Assembly: GCA_963739455.1 (NCBI GenBank)
Contig: CAVUAK010000002.1
Coordinates: forward strand, 384,001 to 448,000
Length of the DNA: 64,000 nucleotides
Reading direction: 5' to 3'
Source of the DNA: an uncultured Gemmatimonadales bacterium
GTDB taxonomy: Bacteria > Gemmatimonadota > Gemmatimonadetes > Gemmatimonadales > GWC2-71-9
Each line of letters begins with the position of its first letter. The stretch's first letter is position 1. Position numbers and translations under genes: made by a program. The notes beneath the pieces were generated by a model. That model saw only the letters and a program-made list of their open reading frames with translations, was not told the DNA's origin and searched no databases. Shown here one piece after another: positions 33,653 to 44,565 of the stretch.

Positions 33653-34710
33653 CTACTCCACGAGGGCCCGGCGCACCTCGGGAGCGTACTCCTGTATCAG
33701 GCGACGCAGCGTGATCGTGATGGGCACGGCGAGCACGATGCCCACCGGGCCAAGGACGAAGTTCCAGAAGACCAGCGAGAGAAAGATTGCGACGATCCGA
33801 GATCTCAAAGCCCTTCTGCATCAGCCGTGGCTTGATGATGTCACCCAGGAGGCTGTTGGAGACAGATGAACAGGACCGCGAAGAGAAGGGTCCGCTCGAC
33901 CCCCTGCTCGAGCAGCACCAGCAGCAGCACCGGGGCAACGGCGAGTGGTCCGCCAATGGTCGGCACGAAGCTCAGCACGAAGAAGAGCACCACCCAGGTC
34001 GCGATGTACGGCACCCCGATCACCTTGAGCAGGACGAAGTAGACCACGGCGCCGATGAGGCCCATGATGGCGTTGATGCCGACGTACTTCTGGATGTCGC
34101 CTGCCAGTCTCGCCGAAGCGCACGAGTGAGGTGCGCTCGCCCGCTGCGCGGGCCGACGTCCGGTTCCCCGGAACAGTGACATGAACTCGATCAGCAGGAA
34201 GGTGGTGATCAGCAGGATGAAGAAGCTGTGCCCAGGTCGGCGAGGACCGACTCCGACGATCCCCGCCGCCGGCTTGACGAGCCTTCGGGCTCGAGCGATT
34301 CGACGCTGCAGCAGCTTCGAGGTGTCCACGCCGTAGCCCTGCAGCACGCCGAACAGCTGGTCCCGGAGGCCGAGGTAACGCTGGTTGTATTCCGGCAGGT
34401 TGCCCGACAGCTCCGACATCGAGCCGATCACCAGGAAGATCACCAGCTGCCGCCGCCGATGAAGACCACGAGGAGGGTGAGCACGATCGCCAGCGCCCGC
34501 GGCACGCGCCACAGGATGAGGGCTCGCGTGACCGGGAACAGCACCAGTGCCAGGAGCAGCGCGAAGAGGAAGCCGCTCAGGATCGGCGCCACCAGCCTTG
34601 AGTCCCGCCACGATGACGACGATGCACGCACCGGCCAGCAGGATGCGCAGCGGCCACGGGAGGCTCCAGCGCGTCTGGATCCCGTCGAGTTCGTTCATTC
34701 CGTTCGCCAT
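33653..34710 (-). CDS. AI-2E family transporter (frameshifted)
   Basis: IVVIVAGLK, FVLSFVPTIG, IIKPRLM, SLVFWNFVLGPVGIVLAVP, across frames. Confidence 0.8.
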
Positions 34711-34725
34711 GGTCCTCCCAGGAGG

Positions 34726-36999
34726 CTACCGACAGTACTCATCGAGCTGATCGAACCCGATCAGCACTTCGCGGGGCTTGCTGCCGTCGGGCGGGCCGAG
34801 GATACCGGCCATGTGCAGCTGGTCGATGACGCGCGCCGCCCGGCCGTATCCGATGCTCAGCCGTCGCTGCAGCAGGGATGTCGAGCCCCCCTGGTTCTGG
34901 ATGCAGAGCTCGGCGGCCTCGCGGAACACCGCATCGCGCTTTTCGTCGCCCATGTCCCTGGGCCCACCCTCGGCCTCCGCCTCCTGGGCCCGGATGAGCG
35001 CAAGAATGTCGTCCTCGGGTCGGTCGGTGCCATCAGCGAGCTTGACCCGCCGGGCCTCGCGGCGAGCGGCATACCACTCCATGACGCGCTCACTCTCGTC
35101 CGTGGAAATGAATGCGCCCTGGATCCGCATCGGCTCGCTGCTGCCCGGCGGCAGGAACAGCATGTCACCATTGCCCAGCAGTGCCTCGGCGCCGTTGCCG
35201 TCGAGGATCGTGCGGCTGTCGACCTTGGACGCCACGCGGAACGCGATCCGGCTCGGAAAGTTTGCCTTGATCAGGCCGGTGATGACGTTCACCGACGGGC
35301 GCTGTGTTGCGAGAATGAGGTGGATCCCGATGGCACGCGCCTTCTGGGCGAGCATGGCGAGCGGCGTCTCCACCTCGCCCTGCACCGTCATCATGAGGTC
35401 GGCAAGCTCGTCGATGATCAGCACGATCATCGGGAGCACGCCTTCATTGTAGGTATCCGGCTCCGGCGGCGCGGGCGGCGTGTCAGGTGCCTCAGCCGCT
35501 ACCGACGTGATGGTCGGTCGCGCCTTGAGCGGATAGCGGAGGGTCTTGCCGTCCACGACCTTGCGATTGAAGTCGCTGAGGTTGCGCGCGCCATTGGCCT
35601 GCAGCAACTCGTACCGGCGATTCATCTCGAACACCGCCCACTTGAGCACGGCGGCGGCATCGTGGCTGTGCGTCACCACCTTGTGCCTCAGGTGGGGCAG
35701 CGTGTTGTACATGGAGAGCTCGACCATCTTGGGGTCGACCATCAGCAGCCGGAGCTCGCGCGGGGTGTAGCGATAGATGAGGCTGGTGATGACGCTGTTG
35801 ATCGCCACCGACTTGCCGGTGCCGGTGGCACCCGCGATCAGCAGGTGCGGCATCTTCGCCAGGTCGGCCACGATCGGCTTGCCGGTGAGGTCGCGACCGA
35901 GTGCGAGCGGGAGCATGCCGCGCGATCCATCCCACTCCGGCGACTCGAGCAGCTCACGCAGGGTGACCATGCGTGCCTTGGGGTTCGGCACCTCGACGCC
36001 GACGGCCCCCTTCCCCGGAATGGGCGCGACGCGAATGGAGGCGGCACGCATTGCCATCGCGAGGTCGTCTGCCAGTGCGACGATACGCTGTGCCTTCACC
36101 CCCGGTGCCGGCACCACCTCGAACTGCGTCACGACCGGGCCCGTCGTGCGCCCGGCAATCGTGCCCTCCACCTTGAACGTCCGGAGCGTCTCCAGCAGTG
36201 ACGCGCCGAGGCGGTCGAGCTGCGCCTCACCCAGGTCGGCGTCCTGCGCCACGGCAGGCGTGAGAAGCTCAAGAGGGGGAAGCTCGTCCTCGTCAGCGAT
36301 GCTGGCCGCTGTGTCCCGTGGTGCCGGCTTCGGCTTCTTTTCCTTCCTTGCCTTGCTGGCCGCTGGTGCAGCCGAGGCAATGACGTCGTCATCGTCATCT
36401 ACCACCGGGGTCACAACGGCTGCCGCCGCCCGCGCGAGGCGCTCCGCCACCTTCGGCTTCCGCTCCGTGGCTGGAGCCGCGACCGCTGGCGCACCGGCAG
36501 CTGCCGCCGCTCCGCCCCGCTCGAGCCGCTGCAGCGGGTGCCACGCCAGCGTCACCAGCGTGACGGCCGACAGTGCGAGGAAGCCGAGAATGACGGCACC
36601 GGCAACGCCGACAAAGTTCGGCATGTATACCGCGAAGAAGCCGGGCAGCCATCCCACGAGGTGACCAAGCGTGCTCGTGGAGTTGGTCAGGTCCGCTGCC
36701 GTAACACGGCCAAGCGTACCGAGCAGGTAGGGCACCAGCAGGCCGACTGCCGTGATCAGCAGCGCGGCGCGCTTCATGTCGAGTGATCCGAGGCGATCGA
36801 ACCCCGCCAGGGCGAGCGCCACGCCCAGCACCGGAAGGGCCAGTGCACCAAGGCCCAGTGCGCTCCACAAGCCGCCCCGCAGGAAGTCGCCCACCTGGCC
36901 GGTGAGGGGGAACGGAATGAGCGTGAGGCCGAGAAAGAGGCCGAGCCCGAGCGCGGCGAGGGCGCCCAGGCGACGACGATGTGTGCTGTCGGGGGTCAT
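34726..36999 (-). CDS. ftsK: DNA translocase FtsK
   Basis: N-terminal TMs, GPVVTQFE, PHLLIAGATGTGKS, DPKMVEL, IDELADLMM, ATQRPSV, gamma domain STSLLQRRLSIGYGRA. Confidence 0.97.
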   Translation of the reverse strand: MTPDSTHRRRLGALAALGLGLFLGLTLIPFPLTGQVGDFLRGGLWSALGLGALALPVLGVALALAGFDRLGSLDMKRAALLITAVGLLVPYLLGTLGRVTAADLTNSTSTLGHLVGWLPGFFAVYMPNFVGVAGAVILGFLALSAVTLVTLAWHPLQRLERGGAAAAAGAPAVAAPATERKPKVAERLARAAAAVVTPVVDDDDDVIASAAPAASKARKEKKPKPAPRDTAASIADEDELPPLELLTPAVAQDADLGEAQLDRLGASLLETLRTFKVEGTIAGRTTGPVVTQFEVVPAPGVKAQRIVALADDLAMAMRAASIRVAPIPGKGAVGVEVPNPKARMVTLRELLESPEWDGSRGMLPLALGRDLTGKPIVADLAKMPHLLIAGATGTGKSVAINSVITSLIYRYTPRELRLLMVDPKMVELSMYNTLPHLRHKVVTHSHDAAAVLKWAVFEMNRRYELLQANGARNLSDFNRKVVDGKTLRYPLKARPTITSVAAEAPDTPPAPPEPDTYNEGVLPMIVLIIDELADLMMTVQGEVETPLAMLAQKARAIGIHLILATQRPSVNVITGLIKANFPSRIAFRVASKVDSRTILDGNGAEALLGNGDMLFLPPGSSEPMRIQGAFISTDESERVMEWYAARREARRVKLADGTDRPEDDILALIRAQEAEAEGGPRDMGDEKRDAVFREAAELCIQNQGGSTSLLQRRLSIGYGRAARVIDQLHMAGILGPPDGSKPREVLIGFDQLDEYCR

Positions 37000-37022
37000 G
37001 TCGAAAGATACAAGGCGGGCCC

Positions 37023-37750
37023 TCAGGTAGCTCGCGCGATGTGACCATCTCTCATCACCGCTACCACCGGGAATTCATCCTGCCGCGCCGCAAGGCGAAC
37101 GTCCTCGCCGAAGCCGAGACCGGTCAGTCGTCGCCCCGCGCCGCTCTGTCGGAGGAGCCGGTCCCATCGGTTGCCATGATGACGTGCCAGCTGTACGACG
37201 GCGAGCGCCGCATCGCTGAGTTCGCGCCCGCGCACCCTGCCGGCCAGCACCGCGCGGAGAAACCGGCCCGCCGTGTAGGCATCGTCGAGGCCAAAGCCCC
37301 CCTCCCGCCCCGCGCACACTACCAGCAGGTCGTCGTCCTCCTCGAGCCGGGCTTGAGCCCGCGCCACCGTCACCGAGAAATTGGCGGCCGCCAATACGTG
37401 GACGTGCGTCGCGACCGCACTGGCGGCAAGCGCCGCGGTGCCGTTGGTGGTGCACAGCACCACGATGCGATCACGCACCGAGCGCTCCCGCATTTCCCTC
37501 GGGCTGTTCCCGAGGTCGAACCCGGGAATGCGGGCGCAATCGCGTTCCCCTGCCAGCACGGCACCTGGCAATCCAAGCGCCCGCTCCCTCGCCTGCTCGG
37601 GCGTGGCACAGGGGATCACCGACAGGGCGCCGTGGTGCAAGGCGGCACAGATCGTGGTGGTGGCGCGCAGGATGTCGACGACAAACACCGTTCGCCCGGC
37701 GAGCTGCTGGCGCGCCAGGTCAGCCGGGGTAAGCGCAACATCGAACGGCA

Positions 37751-37751
<1 letters not shown>
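37023..37751 (-). CDS. comB: 2-phosphosulfolactate phosphatase (ComB family)
   Basis: VVDILRATTTI, GER, GFDLGNSP, TTNGT, DDAYTAG. Confidence 0.88.
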
Positions 37752-39106
<1,355 letters not shown>

Positions 39107-39113
39107 CAGCGGT

Positions 39114-40283
39114 TCAGGCGCCGGCGCCAGCGGCCTTGCCGGCGCCGGTGATGTCGCTGAAGGTGCGGTCGGATGACCCCTCGATGCCCGAGATGCGCAG
39201 GGCGAACTCACTCGGGTTGCTCGAGTAGAAAAGCGCGCTCTCGTAGGACACGACCCCGTCCTTGTACCACTTCATCAGGGACTGGTCGAACGACTGCATG
39301 CCGTACGCCACCGAGCCCTCGGAGATGAGGTCCGGGATGCTGAGCTGCTTCTCGATGTCGCGGATGTTGTCTGCCACGGCCGCCGTGTTGATGAGCACCT
39401 CGCACGCCGGGGCACGGCCCCGGCCGTCCTTGCGCGGCACGAGGCGCAGGGACACGACTGCCTGCAGCGCCGTCGAGAGCAGCGAGCGGATCTCCTGGTG
39501 CTGGTGCGGCGGGTAGAACGAGATGACCCGGTTGATCGTCTGGGTCGCGTCGGTGGTGTGCAGCGTGCTGAACACGAGATGGCCCGTATCGGCGGCCTTG
39601 AGCGCCGTGTCGAGCGTCTCCATGTCGCGGATTTCGCCGATCAGGATGACGTCGGGGTCCTGCCGCAGTACGTGGCGCAGCGCCGAGGCGAAGCTCAGCG
39701 TGTCGCTTCCCACCTCGCGCTGCGAGATGTTGGCATTCACGTCGCGATGGAGGAACTCGATCGGGTCCTCGATGGTGATCACGTTCACGCGACGGTTCTG
39801 GTTCACGTGGTTGATCATCGCCGCGAGGCAGGTGGACTTGCCCGAGCCGGTCACGCCGGTCACCAGCACCAGGCCGCGCGCCCGCATGGAGATTTCCTCC
39901 AGCACCGGAGGGAGCGCCAGCTCGCGCACCGTCTTCACCTCGTACGGAATGGCACGGAAGGCGAACGCCAGCGTGCCGCGCTGCTGGTAGATGTTCGTGC
40001 GGAAGCGGCCGACACCCGGCACCCCGATGGCGAAGTCCGCCTCCTTCTTCTCGGCGAATTCCTTCACCTGCCGCGGCGTCATGATCTGTTCGGCCAGCAG
40101 CTTGAGGTCCTCGGGCTTGAGCGGCTGCATTTCCAGCGCCGTCAGCTCGCCGTTCAGGCGCACCGTCGGGTGCCGGCCAACCTTGAGCAGCAGGTCGGAG
40201 CCGTTTCGCTGGACCATCTGCGAAATGGCCTGCTTGAAGTTGAAGAGGGGCGCAGTCGCCCCCGCGGCGGTCGCATCAGCCAT
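39114..40283 (-). CDS. PilT/PilU-family type IV pilus retraction ATPase
   Basis: [61 protein letters not shown]. Confidence 0.93.
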   Translation of the reverse strand: MADATAAGATAPLFNFKQAISQMVQRNGSDLLLKVGRHPTVRLNGELTALEMQPLKPEDLKLLAEQIMTPRQVKEFAEKKEADFAIGVPGVGRFRTNIYQQRGTLAFAFRAIPYEVKTVRELALPPVLEEISMRARGLVLVTGVTGSGKSTCLAAMINHVNQNRRVNVITIEDPIEFLHRDVNANISQREVGSDTLSFASALRHVLRQDPDVILIGEIRDMETLDTALKAADTGHLVFSTLHTTDATQTINRVISFYPPHQHQEIRSLLSTALQAVVSLRLVPRKDGRGRAPACEVLINTAAVADNIRDIEKQLSIPDLISEGSVAYGMQSFDQSLMKWYKDGVVSYESALFYSSNPSEFALRISGIEGSSDRTFSDITGAGKAAGAGA

Positions 40284-40827
40284 TCGGGTCTACCCGGTAC
40301 AGGACCTGGCCGTACTCAACCGGCGTGGCATCCTCGACGCACATCTCGCGGATGATGCCGGAGACCTCGGCCTCGATCTCGTTCATGATCTTCATCGCCT
40401 CGATGATGCACACCGTCTGCCCCGACGTGACGCGAGACCCGAGCTGCACATAGGCGTCTGCGCCCGGCTCGGGCGCGCGATAGTAGGTGCCAACCATCGG
40501 TGACCGGATCTCCTTCAGGGTCACCGAGGGAGCCGCCGCCTCGCCGCCGGCATGGACGGGCGCGGCATGGCTCGCCGGCGCATGATGACCTGGAGCCTGG
40601 TGGGTCGGCGCGGGCGCATGGAACACCTGCGGCGGCGCCACCGGGGCCAGTGCCGTTCGCGTGATGACCACCTTGGTACCGAAGAAACCTTGCACCTCGA
40701 TCGAGCCGATCTCGGGCGCCTCACGCAGCAGGTCGGTCAGGCGCTTCACATCCTTGAGCTCAATGGACTTGATACCCGGCATCGACTTGAGCAGCGTCGC
40801 GAGTTGCTTCATCTCCTCGGGCGTCAA
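40276..40827 (-). CDS. accB: Biotin carboxyl carrier protein
   Basis: SPMVGTYY, IIEAMKIMNEI (biotinyl Lys), VEYGQ; Pro/Ala/His linker. Confidence 0.95.
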   Translation of the reverse strand: MTPEEMKQLATLLKSMPGIKSIELKDVKRLTDLLREAPEIGSIEVQGFFGTKVVITRTALAPVAPPQVFHAPAPTHQAPGHHAPASHAAPVHAGGEAAAPSVTLKEIRSPMVGTYYRAPEPGADAYVQLGSRVTSGQTVCIIEAMKIMNEIEAEVSGIIREMCVEDATPVEYGQVLYRVDPNG

Positions 40828-40854
40828 CGGCGACCTCCGTGCGATGGTACGGAA

Positions 40855-41934
40855 TCAGTGGAGTTCAAGCAGATCAATGCGACCATCTGACAGCAGCTCC
40901 GGACCGGATGGGCCCAGGTAGACATCGTCCTCCAGCCGCACGCCACCCCAGCCCGGAAGATAGATCCCCGGCTCGATGGTCACCACCGCGTGCAGCGGAA
41001 GGGGCAGCTCGTTGGTCTGCGAAAGCCGGGGCGCCTCATGGACTTCCAGCCCCAGCCCGTGCCCCAGCGAGTGGCCGAACGCCTCCCCGAAACCGCGGGC
41101 GGCGATGACGTCCCGGGCCAGAGAATCGGCCTCGCGGCCAGTCATCTGGGCCCGCACCTGGCTCCGGGCACGGACCTGCGCTTCCTGCACCAGTCCATAA
41201 ATGGTACGCTGTCGGTCGTCGGCCCGTCCGACCACCATCGTCCGGGTCAGGTCGGAGCAGTACCCGTCCAGTTGTGCCCCGAAGTCGACCAGCAACAGTT
41301 CGTTCGGCTGGATCTCGCGTGGGGTGGTGCGCGCATGCGGGAGCGCTGCGCGCGGACCGGACGCCACGATCGTTGGAAACGGATGCCACTCGGAGCCGCG
41401 CCGCCGGAGCGCAGACTCCAGCCGCGCCGCCACATCGAGCTCGCGATCGCCGGCACGCACCGTCGGCAGCACTTCCGCCAGCGCGTCCTGCGCCAGCGTG
41501 GCTGCGGCCCGGATCGCCTCCACCTCCTGCGGATCCTTGGCGGCGCGGAGGCGCTCCACCAGGTCGACAGTCGGAACCACCTGCGCCCGCGTAAGGCGGC
41601 TCAGTCGCTCGGCATCACGGGTGGTGAGCACATGCGACTCGACGCCCAGCCGCTCGACCGGTCGCTGGCCCAGCACGCGCCCCACCCGATCCCAGATCGA
41701 CACCGGATCGATCTGTACCTCCACGCCCGGTGCCTCGAGTGGTGCCTGCACCGCATAGCGGAAATCGGTGATCAGCATCGTGCCAGCCGCCCGGACCAGC
41801 AGCAGGCCCGCCGAACCCGAGAAGCCGGTGAGATACCGGATGTTGGGCAGGTGCGTCACGAGCAGCGCGTCGATACCGTCCTGCTCGAGCGCAGCTGCGA
41901 GCGCCGCGATGCGCCGTGGCCCCGGCGCGCTCAC
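40855..41934 (-). CDS. Xaa-Pro aminopeptidase (M24 family)
   Basis: YLTGFSGS, TDFRY, DFG..GYCSDLTRT, HSLGHGLGLEVHE, EPGIY, GVRLED. Confidence 0.93.
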   Translation of the reverse strand: MSAPGPRRIAALAAALEQDGIDALLVTHLPNIRYLTGFSGSAGLLLVRAAGTMLITDFRYAVQAPLEAPGVEVQIDPVSIWDRVGRVLGQRPVERLGVESHVLTTRDAERLSRLTRAQVVPTVDLVERLRAAKDPQEVEAIRAAATLAQDALAEVLPTVRAGDRELDVAARLESALRRRGSEWHPFPTIVASGPRAALPHARTTPREIQPNELLLVDFGAQLDGYCSDLTRTMVVGRADDRQRTIYGLVQEAQVRARSQVRAQMTGREADSLARDVIAARGFGEAFGHSLGHGLGLEVHEAPRLSQTNELPLPLHAVVTIEPGIYLPGWGGVRLEDDVYLGPSGPELLSDGRIDLLELH

Positions 41935-42362
41935 TGCAGGCGACCCGCGAGGGCCCGCAGGGCCATGCGGTAACCCTCGGCGCCGAAACCGCAGATGAAC
42001 CCCACCGCCAGGTCGGCGATGTGCGAGTGCCGGCGTGCTGCCTCGCGAGCGAAGAGGTTGCTGAGGTGCACTTCCACGAACGGCACCTGCACCGCCAGCA
42101 GCGCGTCGCGCAGGCCGAGGCTGGTATGGGTCAGGGCGCCGGCATTGATGACGGCGCCCTGGACCCGGCCCGCCAGCGCCTGGACCGCGTCGATGAACTC
42201 GCCCTCATGATTGGTCTGGAGCCACTCGAGTTCGACGCCCAGAACCTGGGCATCGGCGCGCAGCATCGCCTCGATTTCCGGGAGGGTTGTGCGACCGTAG
42301 ATCTCAGGCTCGCGCTGTCCCAGGAGATTCAGGTTGGGACCGTTGAGAACCGCGAGGCGCAT
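41931..42362 (-). CDS. aroQ: Type II 3-dehydroquinate dehydratase
   Basis: LNGPNLNLLGQREPEIYG, NHEG, THTS, EVHLSN. Confidence 0.97.
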   Translation of the reverse strand: MRLAVLNGPNLNLLGQREPEIYGRTTLPEIEAMLRADAQVLGVELEWLQTNHEGEFIDAVQALAGRVQGAVINAGALTHTSLGLRDALLAVQVPFVEVHLSNLFAREAARRHSHIADLAVGFICGFGAEGYRMALRALAGRLQ

Positions 42363-42364
42363 GA

Positions 42365-44401
42365 TCAGCGCTTGAGGTTCTGGAGCCAGTCGTGGAACTG
42401 GTCGAGGTCATCTTCCCCGGCAGCGCCCTGCGGCGCGCCGGCGGGCCGCGGTGCGGAGCCCTGCTGGCCGGAGCCGCCGCCGTAGAACTCATCGAACGAG
42501 ACACCACCGCGATCGGCGGGTGCCGGCCCGGCGCCGCGCGACTTCATGGACATGGGCGGGAGCGGAGCGGCATCCTCACCGAAAATGGCGCTCAGGGTGA
42601 GGTGGTCCGCGGCCGGGCGCGTGGGTGTACCTGGGGCATCGGGACCCGCGGCAACCGGCTCGGTCGCGGGATGGCGGCCCGCCTCGAGGCCATTGGGCCG
42701 CGAGCCAAGCACCGTGCGCATGAGTTCGCGGACGGAGATGCCGCCCGACGAACTGGCCGCGTACGGCGGCAATGGCTTCGCCTGCGGCACCTCACTGGCC
42801 TCGAGTGAGGCGACCCGTTCTGCGAGGCGCGCGTCGCCCGGGCGTCGCGTCAGCAACTCCCGATAGATGCGGAGCGCATCGGCCGGGTGACCCTGCTTCA
42901 GGAACAGCTCCGCCATGCTCTCGGTGACGACCAGTTCCGGCTCGTCAGCATCTACCGGCCCTGGCTCCTCGATATCGACCAGCTCGAGGATCTCATCGAT
43001 CTCGGCCTTCGCGACCTCGGCGGTTGGCGGGTCACTCGCGAGCGAGATGATCTCCATGATTTCCGTGATGGCGAGGCTGTCGACCTCGGTCGCCGGTGCC
43101 GCCGCCATCTCGGCCACCGGCAGCATCGGGGACACGACCGGCTCGTCATCGGGCTCGAAGGGCGCGGCACCGGCATCCAGCGCAGCATCGCTCCATGTCA
43201 CCCATTCACCTGGCTCCGCGTCATCATCTTCGTCGAACACGGCGGCAACCGCCGGCGGGAGCCCGTTGTCACGCCCTTCAGACGCAGTCGACTGCGGCTC
43301 CGGCGAAGCGGATGGCTTCAGCAGGTCGGCAGCGACATCGGACGACTGGTACTCATTGGCCGTGACTGCCGTGTCACCAACGGACAGCGCGCTCCCGCCG
43401 AAGTCACTGGATGCGTCCGGAAGCTGGAACTCCGAGGCACCTGTTGCCGCCTCGGCCTCGGGAATGAGTTCGTCGGACGCCGATGGCAGCTGGTACTCGG
43501 ACGCACCATTCGCCGCGTCCATCGAGGGCGCGGCGCCCAGGTCTTCAGAGGCTGAAGGCAGCTGGTATTCGGAGGCCTCGGAGTTCGCAGCGTCCGGGAC
43601 GGTATCGGCACCGAAGCCCTCCGACGCCGATGGCAGCTGGAACTCGGTGTGCTCCGCGGCACTGAGGACGATTTCCTCCGAAGTGCCGAGCTGCATCACA
43701 CCGAGGATCGCATCGTCCAGCACGACCGCGCTCGGATCGGCGTACGTCACTGGCTCGGGTGCGGACGCAATGGTCGGCTCGAACGCTTCCACCGGCGGCG
43801 CCTCTGATGTGGCAGCACCGCTGGTTTCCCGTTCGACCGTCTCCAGGGGTGGCAACTCCTCGCCAAACGCATCGTCGGCCAGGTCAGGTGACTCGACTGC
43901 GTTCTGCTCCAGGCCGTCGAGCGTGTTCACCTCGAGGACTTCGCCCGCTTCCACGGCGCCCTCGGCCGCCGCACCGCTCTCAGCCGATGCCTGCTGGGCC
44001 TGGTTCGCCCGGACCCGTTCCAGCTGTTCTCGCGCCTCGTCGTTGCTGCGATCAACGACGAGCAACTGCTCGAGCCAGCGCGATGCATCGCCGAACCGGG
44101 CGCCGCGCTCGGTGATGTCGGCCAGTGCCTTGAGCGCGATCACGTTTTCCGTGTCGAGCTCCAGCACGTGCCCAAACGCCTGCTCGGCGGCGGCGTCATT
44201 CTTCAGGTCAAGATGACACCGGCCCAGCACGATGCTGGCTGGTATGTAGTCGGGGTGCAGCTCGAGACCGGGGGTCAGGACGCTGATCGCGTGCTCCGGA
44301 TCGCCTGACTTCCGGTAGGCTTCCGCCAGAGGGGCGAACGTCAGCCCCTGCGGGTTCTCCTGATATCGCCGTTCGAGCTTCTCGATCTCGCTTAGCGCCA
44401 T
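42365..44401 (-). CDS. TPR protein with long acidic, repeat-containing linker
   Basis: N-terminal TPRs (FAPLAEAYRKSG, VLGRCH), acidic middle, TESMAELFLKQGH motif, C-terminal DDLDQFHDWL. Confidence 0.8.
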   Translation of the reverse strand: MALSEIEKLERRYQENPQGLTFAPLAEAYRKSGDPEHAISVLTPGLELHPDYIPASIVLGRCHLDLKNDAAAEQAFGHVLELDTENVIALKALADITERGARFGDASRWLEQLLVVDRSNDEAREQLERVRANQAQQASAESGAAAEGAVEAGEVLEVNTLDGLEQNAVESPDLADDAFGEELPPLETVERETSGAATSEAPPVEAFEPTIASAPEPVTYADPSAVVLDDAILGVMQLGTSEEIVLSAAEHTEFQLPSASEGFGADTVPDAANSEASEYQLPSASEDLGAAPSMDAANGASEYQLPSASDELIPEAEAATGASEFQLPDASSDFGGSALSVGDTAVTANEYQSSDVAADLLKPSASPEPQSTASEGRDNGLPPAVAAVFDEDDDAEPGEWVTWSDAALDAGAAPFEPDDEPVVSPMLPVAEMAAAPATEVDSLAITEIMEIISLASDPPTAEVAKAEIDEILELVDIEEPGPVDADEPELVVTESMAELFLKQGHPADALRIYRELLTRRPGDARLAERVASLEASEVPQAKPLPPYAASSSGGISVRELMRTVLGSRPNGLEAGRHPATEPVAAGPDAPGTPTRPAADHLTLSAIFGEDAAPLPPMSMKSRGAGPAPADRGGVSFDEFYGGGSGQQGSAPRPAGAPQGAAGEDDLDQFHDWLQNLKR
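43340..43650 (-). repeat. Intragenic tandem ~22-24 aa repeats E[FY]QLPSAS
   Basis: EFQLPSASE, EYQLPSASE, EYQLPSASD, EFQLPDASS, plus a degenerate EYQSSD. Confidence 0.8.
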
Positions 44402-44441
44402 CCCGGATCCGTGACCGTAAGTTGTTGGGGGATAATACGCT

Positions 44442-44470
44442 ATAGTAAAACGCCGTGTCGCAGGTGTCAA
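44442..44470 (-). promoter_or_regulatory. Sigma70 promoter for the TPR-aroQ-acc operon
   Basis: Minus strand TTGACA-N17-TACTAT, about 40 nt upstream of ATG 44401. Confidence 0.75.
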
Positions 44471-44491
44471 CAGCTTCAGCGAAACCTGCGC

Positions 44492-44520
44492 TTGAGCTTT
44501 CGCGTTGCCAGTCTTACTCT
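44492..44520 (+). promoter_or_regulatory. Putative divergent sigma70 promoter for the SurA/PpiD gene
   Basis: TTGAGC-N17-TACTCT. Confidence 0.45.
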
Positions 44521-44565
44521 TAAGGCCCTTTTGGGCCTTCTGTAACTGACCGGGGTGTACGCCAA

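Noticed and set aside
34228..36201. Long plus-strand ORFs (also 29630-31243, 37769-39151, 48007-49779, 54483-56198)
   Set aside because: These are antisense shadows of well-supported high-GC genes and have no recognisable motifs
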